DNA of 64,000 bases from positions 10,094-74,093 of the IMG/VR virus record IMGVR_UViG_3300037869_000009, one strand, 5' to 3'. Of this stretch, positions 1-9,772 are shown in pieces. This DNA comes from a virus. Below the pieces are notes generated by a model, which did no database searches, was not told the origin of the DNA, and saw only the letters and a list, made by a program, of their open reading frames with translations. How positions within the stretch are numbered: position 1 is the stretch's first letter; every line of letters starts with the position of its first letter. The translations under genes were made by a program, and so were the position numbers.

Positions 1-1546
1 GGTTGGTACCATCCCAGACCTTGATTCCTGCCTGGTCGCTCGCAATGACAACCGGGATTGAGTTCACACCCGTCTTCTGGCCAACCGATGGCGCAGTGCT
101 ACCGAGCCACTGATCAACCCATACCTTCGTAAGTTCGGGAGCATCTGACGCGTTTAGTCGACAAGTGCCACTCGTCCCACTCGTATATGCCGTCATGATG
201 ACGCGCATCTGGATCGCACCACCGACCATCTCGAGCCAAAAATATTGCGAGCCACCGGCAGACGTGCATGCGTATGAGTTGGCGCGCGTCCCGGGAACCT
301 GAAGCGTCACGAAGTTTGTAGAAAACCAGTTCGTGCCATCAAATGTGATTTGTGCTGAAAGAGTTCCATTGAGTGATGAGTTCTGACGCAACTGAAATCC
401 GACCGAACGCTTGCCCGCTAGGTTCGTGATAGTCAATGCATCGTTCAACGCACCAAAGGAACCGGACACCACTTCAGAGAATTGGTCATTCGCAAGTGTT
501 ACAGGTACCGACGATGACATGGCCTTCTGGCCAACTGCCCCCAGGTTCGGGGATAGTGTCACCACCACCGCGGGGTCCGCTGCCACTGCTGCGGTGCTGG
601 CTGCCTTGACAGCAGCAGTATTGGTGCCATCTGTCGTTTTGCTGAACCACGCCTGACCGATGACGTTGGGAACTTGATCGCTGGGCAACCCCACCGGGAT
701 AGACGATGCCAACGCTTTCAGGCCCACAGTGGGCGCCGTGCTTCCCCCTACCCAACTTGCGATGTTGATGGGAACCGTATTGTTCGGGCTGATAGCCACG
801 ACAAGTGCGGAGTCCGCGGCTGCAGCGGCTGTGGATGCTGCCTTGACCGTAGCGATGTTGGTGCCATCTGTGATCTTTCCAAACCATGCCGCTGCAGCGG
901 TGCCCGCGGCCCCCTGGCTGGCCGGCTGCGCCGTTGTACCCGTGGGGTCAGTACGAACTGGGTTCGTGGACGTACCCCCGGCCACGGCCCCTGCAGCGCT
1001 GGGAAGGGCTATGCCCATCACGGACAGGTTCTGTGTGGTGACCCCGGTGTTGTAATCGATCTGAACTTCGGACTTGACCGGAACCACCTGGTCTGAAGCA
1101 ATGTTGACGGCAATGGACTCCGCGGTGACCTGGGTCCCCAAATAGGGAAGCCGTGGTTGACCCACGGTCAACGTAGTGTAGACGCCATTGAATACGGGAC
1201 TGGTCCCGGTGATGGCCCACTTGACCCGGACCGCATCCCCATATTTCAGGTTCATCCGCAGCGTGCGGGTAGACAACGTGGCCGTGATTGCTGCAGCCGA
1301 TACGGTCTGCAGGATCGTAGTCAGGTCCCCGGGGTCTAGTTCTTCAAGAGTCAGGACCAAACTAAGAGACGTGCCGGTCACGGCCCCGGTCACGTTCATC
1401 GTAACCACGACAGACGTTAGCCCCAGGCCCGTGAACACCGATGATGTGCCGGTTACGACACCGGATAAAATCGCCGGGGCATGAATGGCTTGACGGCTGG
1501 AATGCAAAAGGACGTTCTGGGGCCCTAGAAAAAAAACGGCGCTCAT
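1..1546 (-). CDS. Repeat-rich (T/A/S/G/V) virion protein, possibly fibre or surface protein; 3'-partial, not in the ORF track
   Basis: Manual translation: ATG at 1546 overlaps the upstream TGA (ATGA); MSAVFFLGPQ... stays open to base 1; internal repeats WFGKITDGTNIATVKAAST / WFSKTTDGTNTAAVKAAST and GQKxxxxSxPVxxASDQ. Confidence 0.75.
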   Translation of the reverse strand, partial: MSAVFFLGPQNVLLHSSRQAIHAPAILSGVVTGTSSVFTGLGLTSVVVTMNVTGAVTGTSLSLVLTLEELDPGDLTTILQTVSAAAITATLSTRTLRMNLKYGDAVRVKWAITGTSPVFNGVYTTLTVGQPRLPYLGTQVTAESIAVNIASDQVVPVKSEVQIDYNTGVTTQNLSVMGIALPSAAGAVAGGTSTNPVRTDPTGTTAQPASQGAAGTAAAAWFGKITDGTNIATVKAASTAAAAADSALVVAISPNNTVPINIASWVGGSTAPTVGLKALASSIPVGLPSDQVPNVIGQAWFSKTTDGTNTAAVKAASTAAVAADPAVVVTLSPNLGAVGQKAMSSSVPVTLANDQFSEVVSGSFGALNDALTITNLAGKRSVGFQLRQNSSLNGTLSAQITFDGTNWFSTNFVTLQVPGTRANSYACTSAGGSQYFWLEMVGGAIQMRVIMTAYTSGTSGTCRLNASDAPELTKVWVDQWLGSTAPSVGQKTGVNSIPVVIASDQAGIKVWDGTN

Positions 1547-1989
1547 ACGTCCCTCGTAACCGTAAAGCCCGTGACCTGAAAACCAGAATACGAATAGGTG
1601 ATGGTCTTCTGCGCTACCACGGTTGTTCCATCAGTGATGCTGAACACCTTGATCTGCGCCGTAGAAGCTAGGTCACCGCTATAAGTGTAGGTGATGCGCT
1701 TGATCTCGAAGCTGTTCGATGTCTGGACCCAACGTTCTTGCGTAACCTTTCCACCGGTATACGTTGGCGTGTAGATCATCCCAACACGATTGGGCGCAAC
1801 CTCCAGCAGTTGTTCGTTCAGCGAATCGCGCCGGGGATCGTAGACCCCCAGTGCATCACGGAGTCTGAATGCATCTACTACGTACCGGATCCCACCCGCT
1901 GCGCTGGGATCATTGCCCGCGGTCCATGTCTCTAAGACGATTCCTTCATCATCGGATTCGCCTGGTTCCCTATCAGGCGTTTGGCCCAT
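1543..1989 (-). CDS. Hypothetical virion-module protein
   Basis: 148-aa ORF in a co-oriented structural block; beta-rich C-terminus. Confidence 0.7.
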   Translation of the reverse strand: MGQTPDREPGESDDEGIVLETWTAGNDPSAAGGIRYVVDAFRLRDALGVYDPRRDSLNEQLLEVAPNRVGMIYTPTYTGGKVTQERWVQTSNSFEIKRITYTYSGDLASTAQIKVFSITDGTTVVAQKTITYSYSGFQVTGFTVTRDV

Positions 1990-2533
1990 TCAAATCAGCC
2001 TTACGTGCGGCCCTGCGCCGTGGCCGGACGCTGGCGCCATTGTGTGGCGGTACCGATTCAACGGGTCCCGGCGCTTCGGACCGCGCTACTTCTTCGGCCT
2101 GGCGTTGCGCTTTGATGGACCCAAACTCTTCATCCCTATTCGCTTCACGTTCTCGCAGCGCCGCTGCGTTTCGCAACTCCGCTTCTTTGACCTGATGCAC
2201 AAGCTTCACGGCTGCAGCCATGCCTTGGGCATGACCGTGTTGGGTGATCGCTGCGATATGCGCATTCTTGGCCAACTGATCCACGACACCAACGGCCCGT
2301 GTTACCCACTCCTTCACCAACGAAGCGACTTCCAGATCTTTGATCACCCCTGATTCGAGATCCTGGTCCACTTGAATGTGAAGTGACTGCACCACACTGG
2401 CTGCCTGAATCAGTGCCTGTTCTGCCCCTTCACAACGCCGTGCTGCAGCAAGGCTAGCTTCCTGCACATCTTCTAACCGAAGACCGACGTCATGAATCAC
2501 ATCGGCTTTGAACACGGCCTTTTCAGCGCTCAC
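1973..2533 (-). CDS. Hypothetical coiled-coil protein
   Basis: 186-aa ORF tightly packed in the minus-strand operon. Confidence 0.7.
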   Translation of the reverse strand: MSAEKAVFKADVIHDVGLRLEDVQEASLAAARRCEGAEQALIQAASVVQSLHIQVDQDLESGVIKDLEVASLVKEWVTRAVGVVDQLAKNAHIAAITQHGHAQGMAAAVKLVHQVKEAELRNAAALREREANRDEEFGSIKAQRQAEEVARSEAPGPVESVPPHNGASVRPRRRAARKADLNGPNA

Positions 2534-2542
2534 GCGATCACC

Positions 2543-4090
2543 TTATCGGGTATAGGGAACAACGCAGATGACGTCATTGATTTTGAGCGCAAACTCAAAC
2601 TTCAACTGGCCATTTGCCAGCGATGTCCCCGGGTAGTAATCGTTGTTTGCAGCTGAGTTGGCGCCGGGCCGCAGCTTTTTTCCATTCAGATACACGTCAT
2701 AGTCATTGACGAAACTGCCCACAGACATGTCTGGAAGCTGTGCATTCAGGTTGGCGCCACCTGCTGCGCCACCAACATCGGTGTCAGCTCCCACGGTGCC
2801 CGTGAGCTCCGCATAGGTCGGGGTTCGCCTGCGGGACAGCGCCAGGGCTTTTAGAATACTGACTTCGGCACCGAAAACAGTTTCGAGATCCGACCATTCC
2901 GCGCTGGTATCCGACAGCTTGATCCCGTTGGTTTGAGCCCAGCTCGAACCGGCCTGATTGCCATCATCCAGGTACAGTTCACCAGCCCCTAAAACGCGGA
3001 AATCGGCGGAAGACGTGGTCCCAATCAGGCCCGCGGTAACCCCGATGTCGATCTCGGTTCCCCCGGTGTCCACCTTCAGCGAACCCAGGATGTCTACCGG
3101 GGCCGTGTTGTTGATGTCTACCAGGGCCCCGTTGAACTCGATTTCGTCGCCACCCGCAGCAGGCTTGACGGCAAAGACATCAACGCCCCCGGTGCTGTCC
3201 TGGAATGCAAACTTGTAGGTATCGTCAACGCGCCATTCGATGTGCTTCCCGGTCTGGCTCACGGCCCCGGATTGGTTGTCCACGGCATAGTCCAGACTCA
3301 CGGTCACGGACTGCGACATGTCCACGAATCCCGATTGCGAGATCCACGCTTGTTCGGGAAGGCTGTCGAAGTTTGTACGCGCTACGTATGCGTAGTTGAT
3401 GGACAACGATTCGATGTCGGCAACGGGGCACGCTTCGAGATCATCAAAGGTAGCGTTCTGACGAACGAAGCTCAGCTTTACGCGCCGGGCCCCAGACGTA
3501 TCGTTGAAAGCCAGCCCATCGGCCCCGGTACTTTCGTACTGCAGCAGCGCGAACACTTCGCGCCCACCACTTTCAACGATCTCCCCTGTTGCTGCGTTGC
3601 GAATCAGACACAAGTTCTTGGGGTCAACCGCGTTCTGGCCCGTGATTTCGATCAGTTCGTTCTGCGCAAAAGGACCCCCGTTCAGTGTGGAATGCGCCAC
3701 CACGGCGCCTTCGGTTCCTGCATTGAACGCAGCCACTTCGCTGGGTGTCTCGCTGCTGGCAACGGACAAGATCACGTAGTCCTGCGAAGCCGGGACCGCG
3801 ACATCAGTCAACATCGTGATGCGGCGCAGAATCTTCTGGGACTCGAGTTCATCCAGGTCCGAGTTCAGGGCCTGGATACCGCGCTTCTTCGAGTTGACTG
3901 TTGGGATGTCATCCCACCAGTTGCCAGCGGAGTCAGCCCAGATCGCACGCTTCAACTGCGAACGAATACCATTCAGATCGTCTTGAATATTTGCAGCCCC
4001 GGACTCCAGTGCTGACCCCACCGCTAGGGTGTCATCATAGGAATCCGAGTTGCGGATCTGGGTTTCTTGCCTGATGAACGTACGACCCAT
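2543..4090 (-). CDS. Putative virion structural protein
   Basis: 515 aa, acidic and G/A/S/D/T-rich; C-terminal VYLNG...DY...F.F.L..ND beta-domain of the kind seen in virion proteins; downstream of capsid genes. Confidence 0.7.
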   Translation of the reverse strand: MGRTFIRQETQIRNSDSYDDTLAVGSALESGAANIQDDLNGIRSQLKRAIWADSAGNWWDDIPTVNSKKRGIQALNSDLDELESQKILRRITMLTDVAVPASQDYVILSVASSETPSEVAAFNAGTEGAVVAHSTLNGGPFAQNELIEITGQNAVDPKNLCLIRNAATGEIVESGGREVFALLQYESTGADGLAFNDTSGARRVKLSFVRQNATFDDLEACPVADIESLSINYAYVARTNFDSLPEQAWISQSGFVDMSQSVTVSLDYAVDNQSGAVSQTGKHIEWRVDDTYKFAFQDSTGGVDVFAVKPAAGGDEIEFNGALVDINNTAPVDILGSLKVDTGGTEIDIGVTAGLIGTTSSADFRVLGAGELYLDDGNQAGSSWAQTNGIKLSDTSAEWSDLETVFGAEVSILKALALSRRRTPTYAELTGTVGADTDVGGAAGGANLNAQLPDMSVGSFVNDYDVYLNGKKLRPGANSAANNDYYPGTSLANGQLKFEFALKINDVICVVPYTR

Positions 4091-4099
4091 TCCAACAGT

Positions 4100-4264
4100 C
4101 TACCGCTTCAGTTCACGCACCTGGAATGGAACGGGTCTACGTTCTTCCTGGGTACCGCAGTTGTAGCAAACCCGCCGCAAACACTTTTCGTAGCGCAGCC
4201 ATATTCCCCATGTGTGGTGACCGCGAATCTTGCATCGCAAGCGTGCGAGCCACGTTTGCAGCAT
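4100..4264 (-). CDS. Small Cys/His protein (CxxxGHxW...CxxCG), below the ORF-track cutoff
   Basis: Manual translation MLQTWLARLRCKIRGHHTWGIWLRYEKCLRRVCYNCGTQEERRPVPFQVRELKR (54 aa) fills the gap between flanking genes. Confidence 0.5.
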   Translation of the reverse strand: MLQTWLARLRCKIRGHHTWGIWLRYEKCLRRVCYNCGTQEERRPVPFQVRELKR

Positions 4265-4270
4265 CGAACA

Positions 4271-4693
4271 TCAATCCTGTGGGGGTGATGGGGGCCTGCT
4301 ACTGGGTTCGCGCCGGGCTTCGGAAGTCACCCACTCCAACGTTCGGATCTCCAGCGCCAGCGCTTCGGATTCATGACGGAGCGAGATCTCGCGTTCCCCC
4401 AGCACCTGCGGAAGCACGACCTGGATAACGTGTTCCAGCGTACCCAGTAGGGTTGCCTTCAGCCCTTCGGTGGGGTCCGCATGAATGACTTCAGCCCGGG
4501 CCGCATGGGCATCCCACAGCCGCTGCAGGGTCCCAGTTTCCACCAGCCTACGCACCGCATTGGTAACGAGCTGGGGCGCTTCCCGGGCCACCGTGGTGGC
4601 TTCAGAAAGCGCCCCTTGAACTCTCGGTTGATCGTGGTCACGCAACACCCGCAGGCGCTCAATGGCAGCGACGATGGCCCGGGTGTCGTTCAC
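4271..4693 (-). CDS. Hypothetical protein
   Basis: 140-aa ORF, operon context. Confidence 0.65.
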   Translation of the reverse strand: MNDTRAIVAAIERLRVLRDHDQPRVQGALSEATTVAREAPQLVTNAVRRLVETGTLQRLWDAHAARAEVIHADPTEGLKATLLGTLEHVIQVVLPQVLGEREISLRHESEALALEIRTLEWVTSEARREPSSRPPSPPQD

Positions 4694-4696
4694 GGA

Positions 4697-5413
4697 TCAC
4701 TTCTTTGGGTGTCGTGAACGCTGCTGCGAAGCAACCTTGTTGGTGGGGTTTCCGTGCTCATCCAGGATGGCGGCGTGATCACCAGTGGTGCTGTCCGCGG
4801 TCGTTTCCTTCACGGTGGTGTCACTGGGAATGCCCGATTCGGTAAGTTCACGGACACGCTGCTGGATGCGCCGCTGTGCTTCAGCGCTTCGGGCTTCGCG
4901 CTCGCTGACCCGGCCCACGGGAACCACTCCCTGCTGGGTTTCGGCCTGCATGCGCAGTTCGGTCCCTTCGGGATCGGGATCAATCATCTGCCCGTCATCG
5001 GTGCGGTTCTTGGGATCCAGGTCCGCGATCCCAATGTTGCCTCCACCTGCATTGGTGGGCAGTCCGTTGGCATCGATGCGCTTGCGATTCTCCACCGCGT
5101 TCATGCGGTGCGGACGTCCAGCCGTGGCGCGTTCCACCTGTTCGGCTTCGTCTTCTTCAAGCTTCGTCGCTTCATCACGGGTGCAGACGTCAAAGAGTTT
5201 CTGGCTGTCAGAATCCAAATCGTTGTGGCGCAGTTCCTTCAACAACTCTGCCGTCTCGGGATTGACCAGATACCAACCCTTCGCAGCAAGGTATAGGGAA
5301 CCTTCGAACATGTAGCGCTTGATCCGGAAAACCCCGCGCTTGTCAGGTTTGATGCGGACCAACATGTCATTTGGACGCTGTTCCGCCACTTGCATCGGTG
5401 TCGCTGTTGCCAT
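4697..5413 (-). CDS. Hypothetical head-associated protein
   Basis: Charged ORF downstream of capsid genes; ATG at 5413 preferred over the track start 5434. Confidence 0.7.
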   Translation of the reverse strand: MATATPMQVAEQRPNDMLVRIKPDKRGVFRIKRYMFEGSLYLAAKGWYLVNPETAELLKELRHNDLDSDSQKLFDVCTRDEATKLEEDEAEQVERATAGRPHRMNAVENRKRIDANGLPTNAGGGNIGIADLDPKNRTDDGQMIDPDPEGTELRMQAETQQGVVPVGRVSEREARSAEAQRRIQQRVRELTESGIPSDTTVKETTADSTTGDHAAILDEHGNPTNKVASQQRSRHPKK

Positions 5414-5454
5414 GACTCGAAATCCTTTCAGCAAATCATCAGTATCCCCACCAA

Positions 5455-5491
5455 CAAAAAACCGCCAGCGCGCGTGTTAGACGGCTGGCGG
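5455..5491 (-). terminator. Intrinsic terminator after capsid/decoration genes
   Basis: Stem CCGCCAGC/GCTGGCGG followed on the minus strand by a T7 tract. Confidence 0.55.
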
Positions 5492-5520
5492 CTTCCACAC
5501 TGCAACCTGGGTGGCTTACG

Positions 5521-5823
5521 TCACGGCGCAGTGGTCAAAAGCGTGGCCCCACCCCGCGTGTTCTGAGTGGCCCGGGCTTCCACAATAACGGCCCGAATCT
5601 CATTGACCAGCGCTCGCAGTGCTGACATTTCACCTGCGGTAGGGGGATCCGAAAATGCCGTAAGGGCCGGCGTTGCAATGCTGGCTGCAGGAACCCCGCC
5701 CTTCAGAGTCGCAAGATCAGTGGCGATGTCGCGCAAGATCTGGGTGATATGCGGGATTCCACCGGAGCCACCCGGGACCATTCCAGAACCACCGGATGCA
5801 AAGTTCTTCGCAATCGCTGCCAT
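5521..5823 (-). CDS. Putative head fibre/decoration protein
   Basis: 100 aa, G/A-rich, second gene after the major capsid gene. Confidence 0.55.
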   Translation of the reverse strand: MAAIAKNFASGGSGMVPGGSGGIPHITQILRDIATDLATLKGGVPAASIATPALTAFSDPPTAGEMSALRALVNEIRAVIVEARATQNTRGGATLLTTAP

Positions 5824-5863
5824 TTGGGTATTCCTCTTGAAGTCTGAAGGGCCCGGTGGCGCT

Positions 5864-6205
5864 TTACAGCGCCATCACGATCACGCGGAATGTGGTCGCA
5901 CTAAGGTTGGTCGCATTTGGAACTTCGACGTCCGGCGCATCCGCAGCGTTGTTACTGTCGCCATGGAACACCTGTAGCTTGTCCGCCGCTTTATTGTAGG
6001 TAACGGAATAGCCCCCGGTGTTCTGCGGAACGACTCCCACGATTTCCAGGTTGCCTTTGCCCAGCGCTGCCCGATAGAGCGCCTGAAAGTTCGCGGTGCC
6101 ACCGGTTGGGTAGGCGCCATCGCCAGCAAACGACACCAGGTCATTGCGCTGGGGACCGAACTCCATATTGTTTTCTTTGACGATGGTGACCGTACCAAGT
6201 GCCAT
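5864..6205 (-). CDS. Putative capsid decoration protein
   Basis: Directly after the major capsid gene; F.GD..YPTGG motif recalled from head-decoration proteins. Confidence 0.6.
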   Translation of the reverse strand: MALGTVTIVKENNMEFGPQRNDLVSFAGDGAYPTGGTANFQALYRAALGKGNLEIVGVVPQNTGGYSVTYNKAADKLQVFHGDSNNAADAPDVEVPNATNLSATTFRVIVMAL

Positions 6206-6244
6206 GTTGATCTCCGTCCTGTGAACGCTGCGTTGCCGGTGCGA

Positions 6245-7198
6245 TCAGCCAACGCTGACGTTGGTAGCCTTCACCACTGCGGTTTCTTCGTAGAAGTTGA
6301 AGGCCAGCCGCATGCGGGCCACGATAATCAGAACGCCTTTTCGAATATCCTTATCGGTTTCAAACTGGATATTTCGATAAATCCCGATTGCGATGTTCTT
6401 GGGATTGGTCAGCAACACGTTCGTTGTGTCGCCACCGACACCCAGGTTTTCAGGGAACAGGGGAACGTCCACTACCGGGATGCCGCTGTAACCCACGGCT
6501 GCATCGGTCTGCAGCGCTGCGTCACCAATACCTGTCTGGCGATCCGAGATCGAATCACGGTAGTCCAGCTCTGCATCCATTGCAGTCATGAACCGCATGG
6601 CTGCCTTGTCGCCCAAGTAGGGGCTGGGCATCGTCTTGATCATGTCGCGGAGAATCGTCTTGTTCAGTGACGATCCACCTGCGTTGACGATATTGGACGT
6701 GGCTTTAGCCAGCATGCCATCAAACAACGCAAGGTAGTCATCGCTAGAAGTGGTATCCCCCTGGATCACCAGTTCATCGATGTCACGCGAAATGGCTTGC
6801 CCCATCATCTGCATGATCGTCTGACGCAACGCGTCTTTCTCGATTGAATCCTCCAATACGGAGTTGTTCAGATCGACTTCCGCTTTCACTTCCTTTGCAT
6901 CCAGTTCGATCTTCGACAGATCCACCTTGGCCCGGTCAGCCACCGCAAGCGCAGTAGCCTCATGCGCAGGACGCATGATGCGCGAACCAAACCGGATCTT
7001 CGGAATGGACACCTTCGGTGCCGACATCGGGACAACCGTAGCCAGTCCCAGGATCTTGCTTCGATCGATCAGGATGCGGATGAACCGCACCGCCTGTTGC
7101 TCTACCAAAAGTCCGCCACCGGTCAGGAGATCTGAAAGTGCCAGATCGGCCTTCTCCAGCAGCGATTTGTTATTCAAATGGATTGCGCCGTCTGCCAT
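6245..7198 (-). CDS. Major capsid protein (HK97 fold)
   Basis: 317 aa; GGLL..QQA.RFI, ..IELDAKEVKAEV.L...VLEDSIE, ...YSGIPV..VP.FP, LLTNPKNI..GI.R.I..E motifs; follows protease/scaffold. Confidence 0.9.
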   Translation of the reverse strand: MADGAIHLNNKSLLEKADLALSDLLTGGGLLVEQQAVRFIRILIDRSKILGLATVVPMSAPKVSIPKIRFGSRIMRPAHEATALAVADRAKVDLSKIELDAKEVKAEVDLNNSVLEDSIEKDALRQTIMQMMGQAISRDIDELVIQGDTTSSDDYLALFDGMLAKATSNIVNAGGSSLNKTILRDMIKTMPSPYLGDKAAMRFMTAMDAELDYRDSISDRQTGIGDAALQTDAAVGYSGIPVVDVPLFPENLGVGGDTTNVLLTNPKNIAIGIYRNIQFETDKDIRKGVLIIVARMRLAFNFYEETAVVKATNVSVG

Positions 7199-7293
7199 GT
7201 CTTCAATCTCCCTGAACTCACGGTGTGAGTATTCAACCTAACCGCCCCGCTCCACTTCGGGGCCTTTTGAACCGGGAACGTGGTGCAGTTACG

Positions 7294-8148
7294 TCAATCG
7301 AAAAACGATATTTCGGCTGGCGTGTTTTCCTTCGTGATCGGATCGTTCATATCCAAGGGCCACGAAACGGGCTTTGACTTCTGCGCGCGCACGCGTTCCT
7401 CTTCGGTCAGCTCCGAACGCACCTGGTTCGAGCCCGGTGCACTCGTGCTCATTTCGTCCAGGCGATCTTTCTGACGCTTCACGGCTTTGGTGAGCGATGC
7501 CAGACCTTCGGTCAGGGTAGTCAGAGTTGCCATCAACGCGGGGTCGGTCGCTGGCGCAGCCGGCACAGCTACAGACTTGGACGCTGGCTTCGTCGCTGCC
7601 TTTGCAGTCCCCTCGGTTGGCTCATCTTCATCGGTGGATTCCGTTGCCGGCGCTCCGGCAATCTCAGTCAAGAGTTCCACCAACATAGTGGTGGCTTGCT
7701 GAAGCTTGGCACTGCGAGCGGTGGATAACTTACGACCCGCCTTCACCGCAGGTTCTGGGGTAACTCCTGGCACTGCAGCCGGGGTGGCAGCCTGTGGAAT
7801 CAGGGCGCCCGTCAAAGCTGCGATGCCTTCCAAGGCCCGCTGCAGTTCAGTCGGGATAGGTGCAGCATCCGCAACAGTGGCTCCTTCAACTTCTTTAGTG
7901 ATTGCAGCTGCAGTGTCCTGCAATCCCTTCATGGCCTTCAAGAGTGCATCTTTTTTGGCGCCCTGTAGCTTCATGCCCGGATCCTTCTGTTCGTCGGTGG
8001 AAGCATCACGCTTCACCAGTAGAAACTTCCGTCTATTCGCGGGCCGGTCCACCACTGAAACTTCGTGAACAACGATTCCCGTGAGTTCGTGCGTTTCATC
8101 TTCAGCAGCCGCAAGTTCTGCCTTGATGACACCAGCTTTGCGCCGCAT
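7294..8148 (-). CDS. Capsid scaffold / protease-associated protein
   Basis: N-terminal ELTGIVVHEVSVVDRPANRRKFLLVK motif typical of prohead-protease-associated regions, then A/T/P-rich linker and coiled coil; precedes the capsid gene. Confidence 0.7.
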   Translation of the reverse strand: MRRKAGVIKAELAAAEDETHELTGIVVHEVSVVDRPANRRKFLLVKRDASTDEQKDPGMKLQGAKKDALLKAMKGLQDTAAAITKEVEGATVADAAPIPTELQRALEGIAALTGALIPQAATPAAVPGVTPEPAVKAGRKLSTARSAKLQQATTMLVELLTEIAGAPATESTDEDEPTEGTAKAATKPASKSVAVPAAPATDPALMATLTTLTEGLASLTKAVKRQKDRLDEMSTSAPGSNQVRSELTEEERVRAQKSKPVSWPLDMNDPITKENTPAEISFFD

Positions 8149-8216
8149 TGGATGATCACTCCCTTAGTTTTGAAAGGCTACGTGAGCACGATCCGCAGTC
8201 GCAAGGATGCAACGCG

Positions 8217-9017
8217 TCATGGTACTTCAGGTTTCTGGAATGGCTTCGCGTTGCGGTACGCAGCACCGCCGATGCTGAATCCGGTGAACTCACCTTTTTT
8301 GACCTGGTCCCAAAGGTCATCGTCAGCAACACGGATTGCCAACAGCCAGGTCCCTTTGGTGATGGTTTCTTCGCCCAACGTGAAGCCCACAGGTGCCAAA
8401 TAGCTTTCAAGAATCTTCAGTTTCCCGGTAACGATCTCGCTGTGCTGCTTTCCCAGGGCCTGGTAATGCTCCATGAAGCTGTGCGCTGCGGCCCGAATGG
8501 ACTCCGCGTTGTAAAAGTCCTTCTGGGAATCAACGGTGTCGGGTTCCAGCACCGCTCCCAACACGAACCGTTCTTCATCAGTTTTGAACAACTTCACATG
8601 GGTCAACGCTTTGTTGACCATTGCCTGTTCCGCCACGCTGACCGGCGCTTCCGGTTCCTGTGTTGGCTTCGCACGCTTCGAGATCACGCGGACGTTGGGA
8701 CCGTCCGCCAACGCTTCGGAAGTAGCGAAAACACCGGGGCCCAGGGGTGACACAAAGATTGTGGTGGCTGTATCCAGTGCAGCTTCAAGGGCGCCAATGC
8801 TGGGCAGTTCCAACACCCAGGCACCCTTTGCAATGCGCTGAATCTCGGCCATGTCAGGACCGTCCGAGTCCGACCACAGACTGGCGGGAAAGACGTAGGC
8901 AGTTTGACCTGACTCCCCCAGGGCCTTGGCTGCCACGATGACAGCCAAGTCTTCAGCTGATTCATCCACCGCGTGATCCCCTTCAGGCGTCACTGTCGCG
9001 ACCCCACTCCGGATCAA
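8217..9017 (-). CDS. XkdF-like prohead serine protease
   Basis: ERFVLGAVLEPDTVDSQKDF...IRAAAHSFM...QH...ILESYLAP...KGTWLLAIRV.DDDLWDQVKKGEFTGFSIGG. Confidence 0.85.
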   Translation of the reverse strand: MIRSGVATVTPEGDHAVDESAEDLAVIVAAKALGESGQTAYVFPASLWSDSDGPDMAEIQRIAKGAWVLELPSIGALEAALDTATTIFVSPLGPGVFATSEALADGPNVRVISKRAKPTQEPEAPVSVAEQAMVNKALTHVKLFKTDEERFVLGAVLEPDTVDSQKDFYNAESIRAAAHSFMEHYQALGKQHSEIVTGKLKILESYLAPVGFTLGEETITKGTWLLAIRVADDDLWDQVKKGEFTGFSIGGAAYRNAKPFQKPEVP

Positions 9018-9738
9018 CGGATTTGAAACGTCGGGTCTTTGGATCGTAGACGGCGCTATTCATGTCCATGGGCCACGCCGTCTTTTCAACAGTGGTTGGC
9101 GCAGACTTCGTGTCCGCCTTGGCTGTTGCGGTGACCGTGGTCTGTTCGCCTTCCAGCACGCGTTCCAGCTGCGCTTGCTGTGCGAGCAACCCGATCAAGC
9201 AACCGATTTTGTTGCGAACTTCCCAGGTGTCATCAGCACCTGGTTCAATCTTGATCGTCAAAACGCGGCTGATTTCGGCCAGCTTTTCAGCAGCCGGACC
9301 CTTCTGAATCGCTTCGCGGATGCCCTTGGCCAGGTCATGTTCCTGACCCTCCACCATCTTCACGAGCTCCGCCGTAGTATCGATGACCTGTTTCGAAATC
9401 GAATCCAGGTTCTGGATCGGCACTTCACGAACTTCCACTTCACGCTGCCAGGGGTCATTGGCAATCACCACCGGGATCACAATCGAAGTCGCTGTGTCTT
9501 CGAACAACTGCACCTTCAACACTTCGGCTGCAGCCTTCTTCAAGCTTTCCGGTAGGCCGTCCCCACGACTGATCATGGTCAGTAGGTCTTTGACCGTGAC
9601 TTGCTTGACCTGGGGTTGGTCAGCAGCCTGTTCACCAGCGAGCGCATCTGCGTCCGCTTTGAGCACCCGAAGACGTTCCTGAAGCGCTTGATCCATGAAT
9701 CGGGACCCTCCGAAATGGAGTAGACCCGATCCGTTCAT
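8983..9738 (-). CDS. Hypothetical scaffold-like head protein
   Basis: 251-aa helical acidic ORF between MuF and protease; C-terminal WPMDMN motif shared with the 7294-8148 product; start may be 9696. Confidence 0.6.
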   Translation of the reverse strand: MNGSGLLHFGGSRFMDQALQERLRVLKADADALAGEQAADQPQVKQVTVKDLLTMISRGDGLPESLKKAAAEVLKVQLFEDTATSIVIPVVIANDPWQREVEVREVPIQNLDSISKQVIDTTAELVKMVEGQEHDLAKGIREAIQKGPAAEKLAEISRVLTIKIEPGADDTWEVRNKIGCLIGLLAQQAQLERVLEGEQTTVTATAKADTKSAPTTVEKTAWPMDMNSAVYDPKTRRFKSVDPEWGRDSDA

Positions 9739-9746
9739 AGCGTCGC

Positions 9747-9772
9747 AAGTTGTCGCCCCGGGGCGACAACTT
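9747..9772. repeat. Dispersed palindrome copy 1 (AAGTTGTCGCCCCGGGGCGACAACTT)
   Basis: 26-bp perfect palindrome read directly. Confidence 0.95.

Noticed and set aside
236-246. Frameshift in the first virion gene at the A5 run
   Set aside because: Recounting gives CAA TAT TTT TGG CTC in frame; the ORF is continuous
3242-4015. Long plus-strand ORFs opposite real genes (also 4754-5296, 43279-44181, 46370-47008, 56230-56991, 61373-61879)
   Set aside because: Antisense shadows of minus-strand genes, common in GC-rich DNA; no motifs or RBS
7243-7270. Terminator upstream of the capsid gene
   Set aside because: The hairpin's T-tract is on the plus strand, opposite to the operon; at most an mRNA-stabilising hairpin
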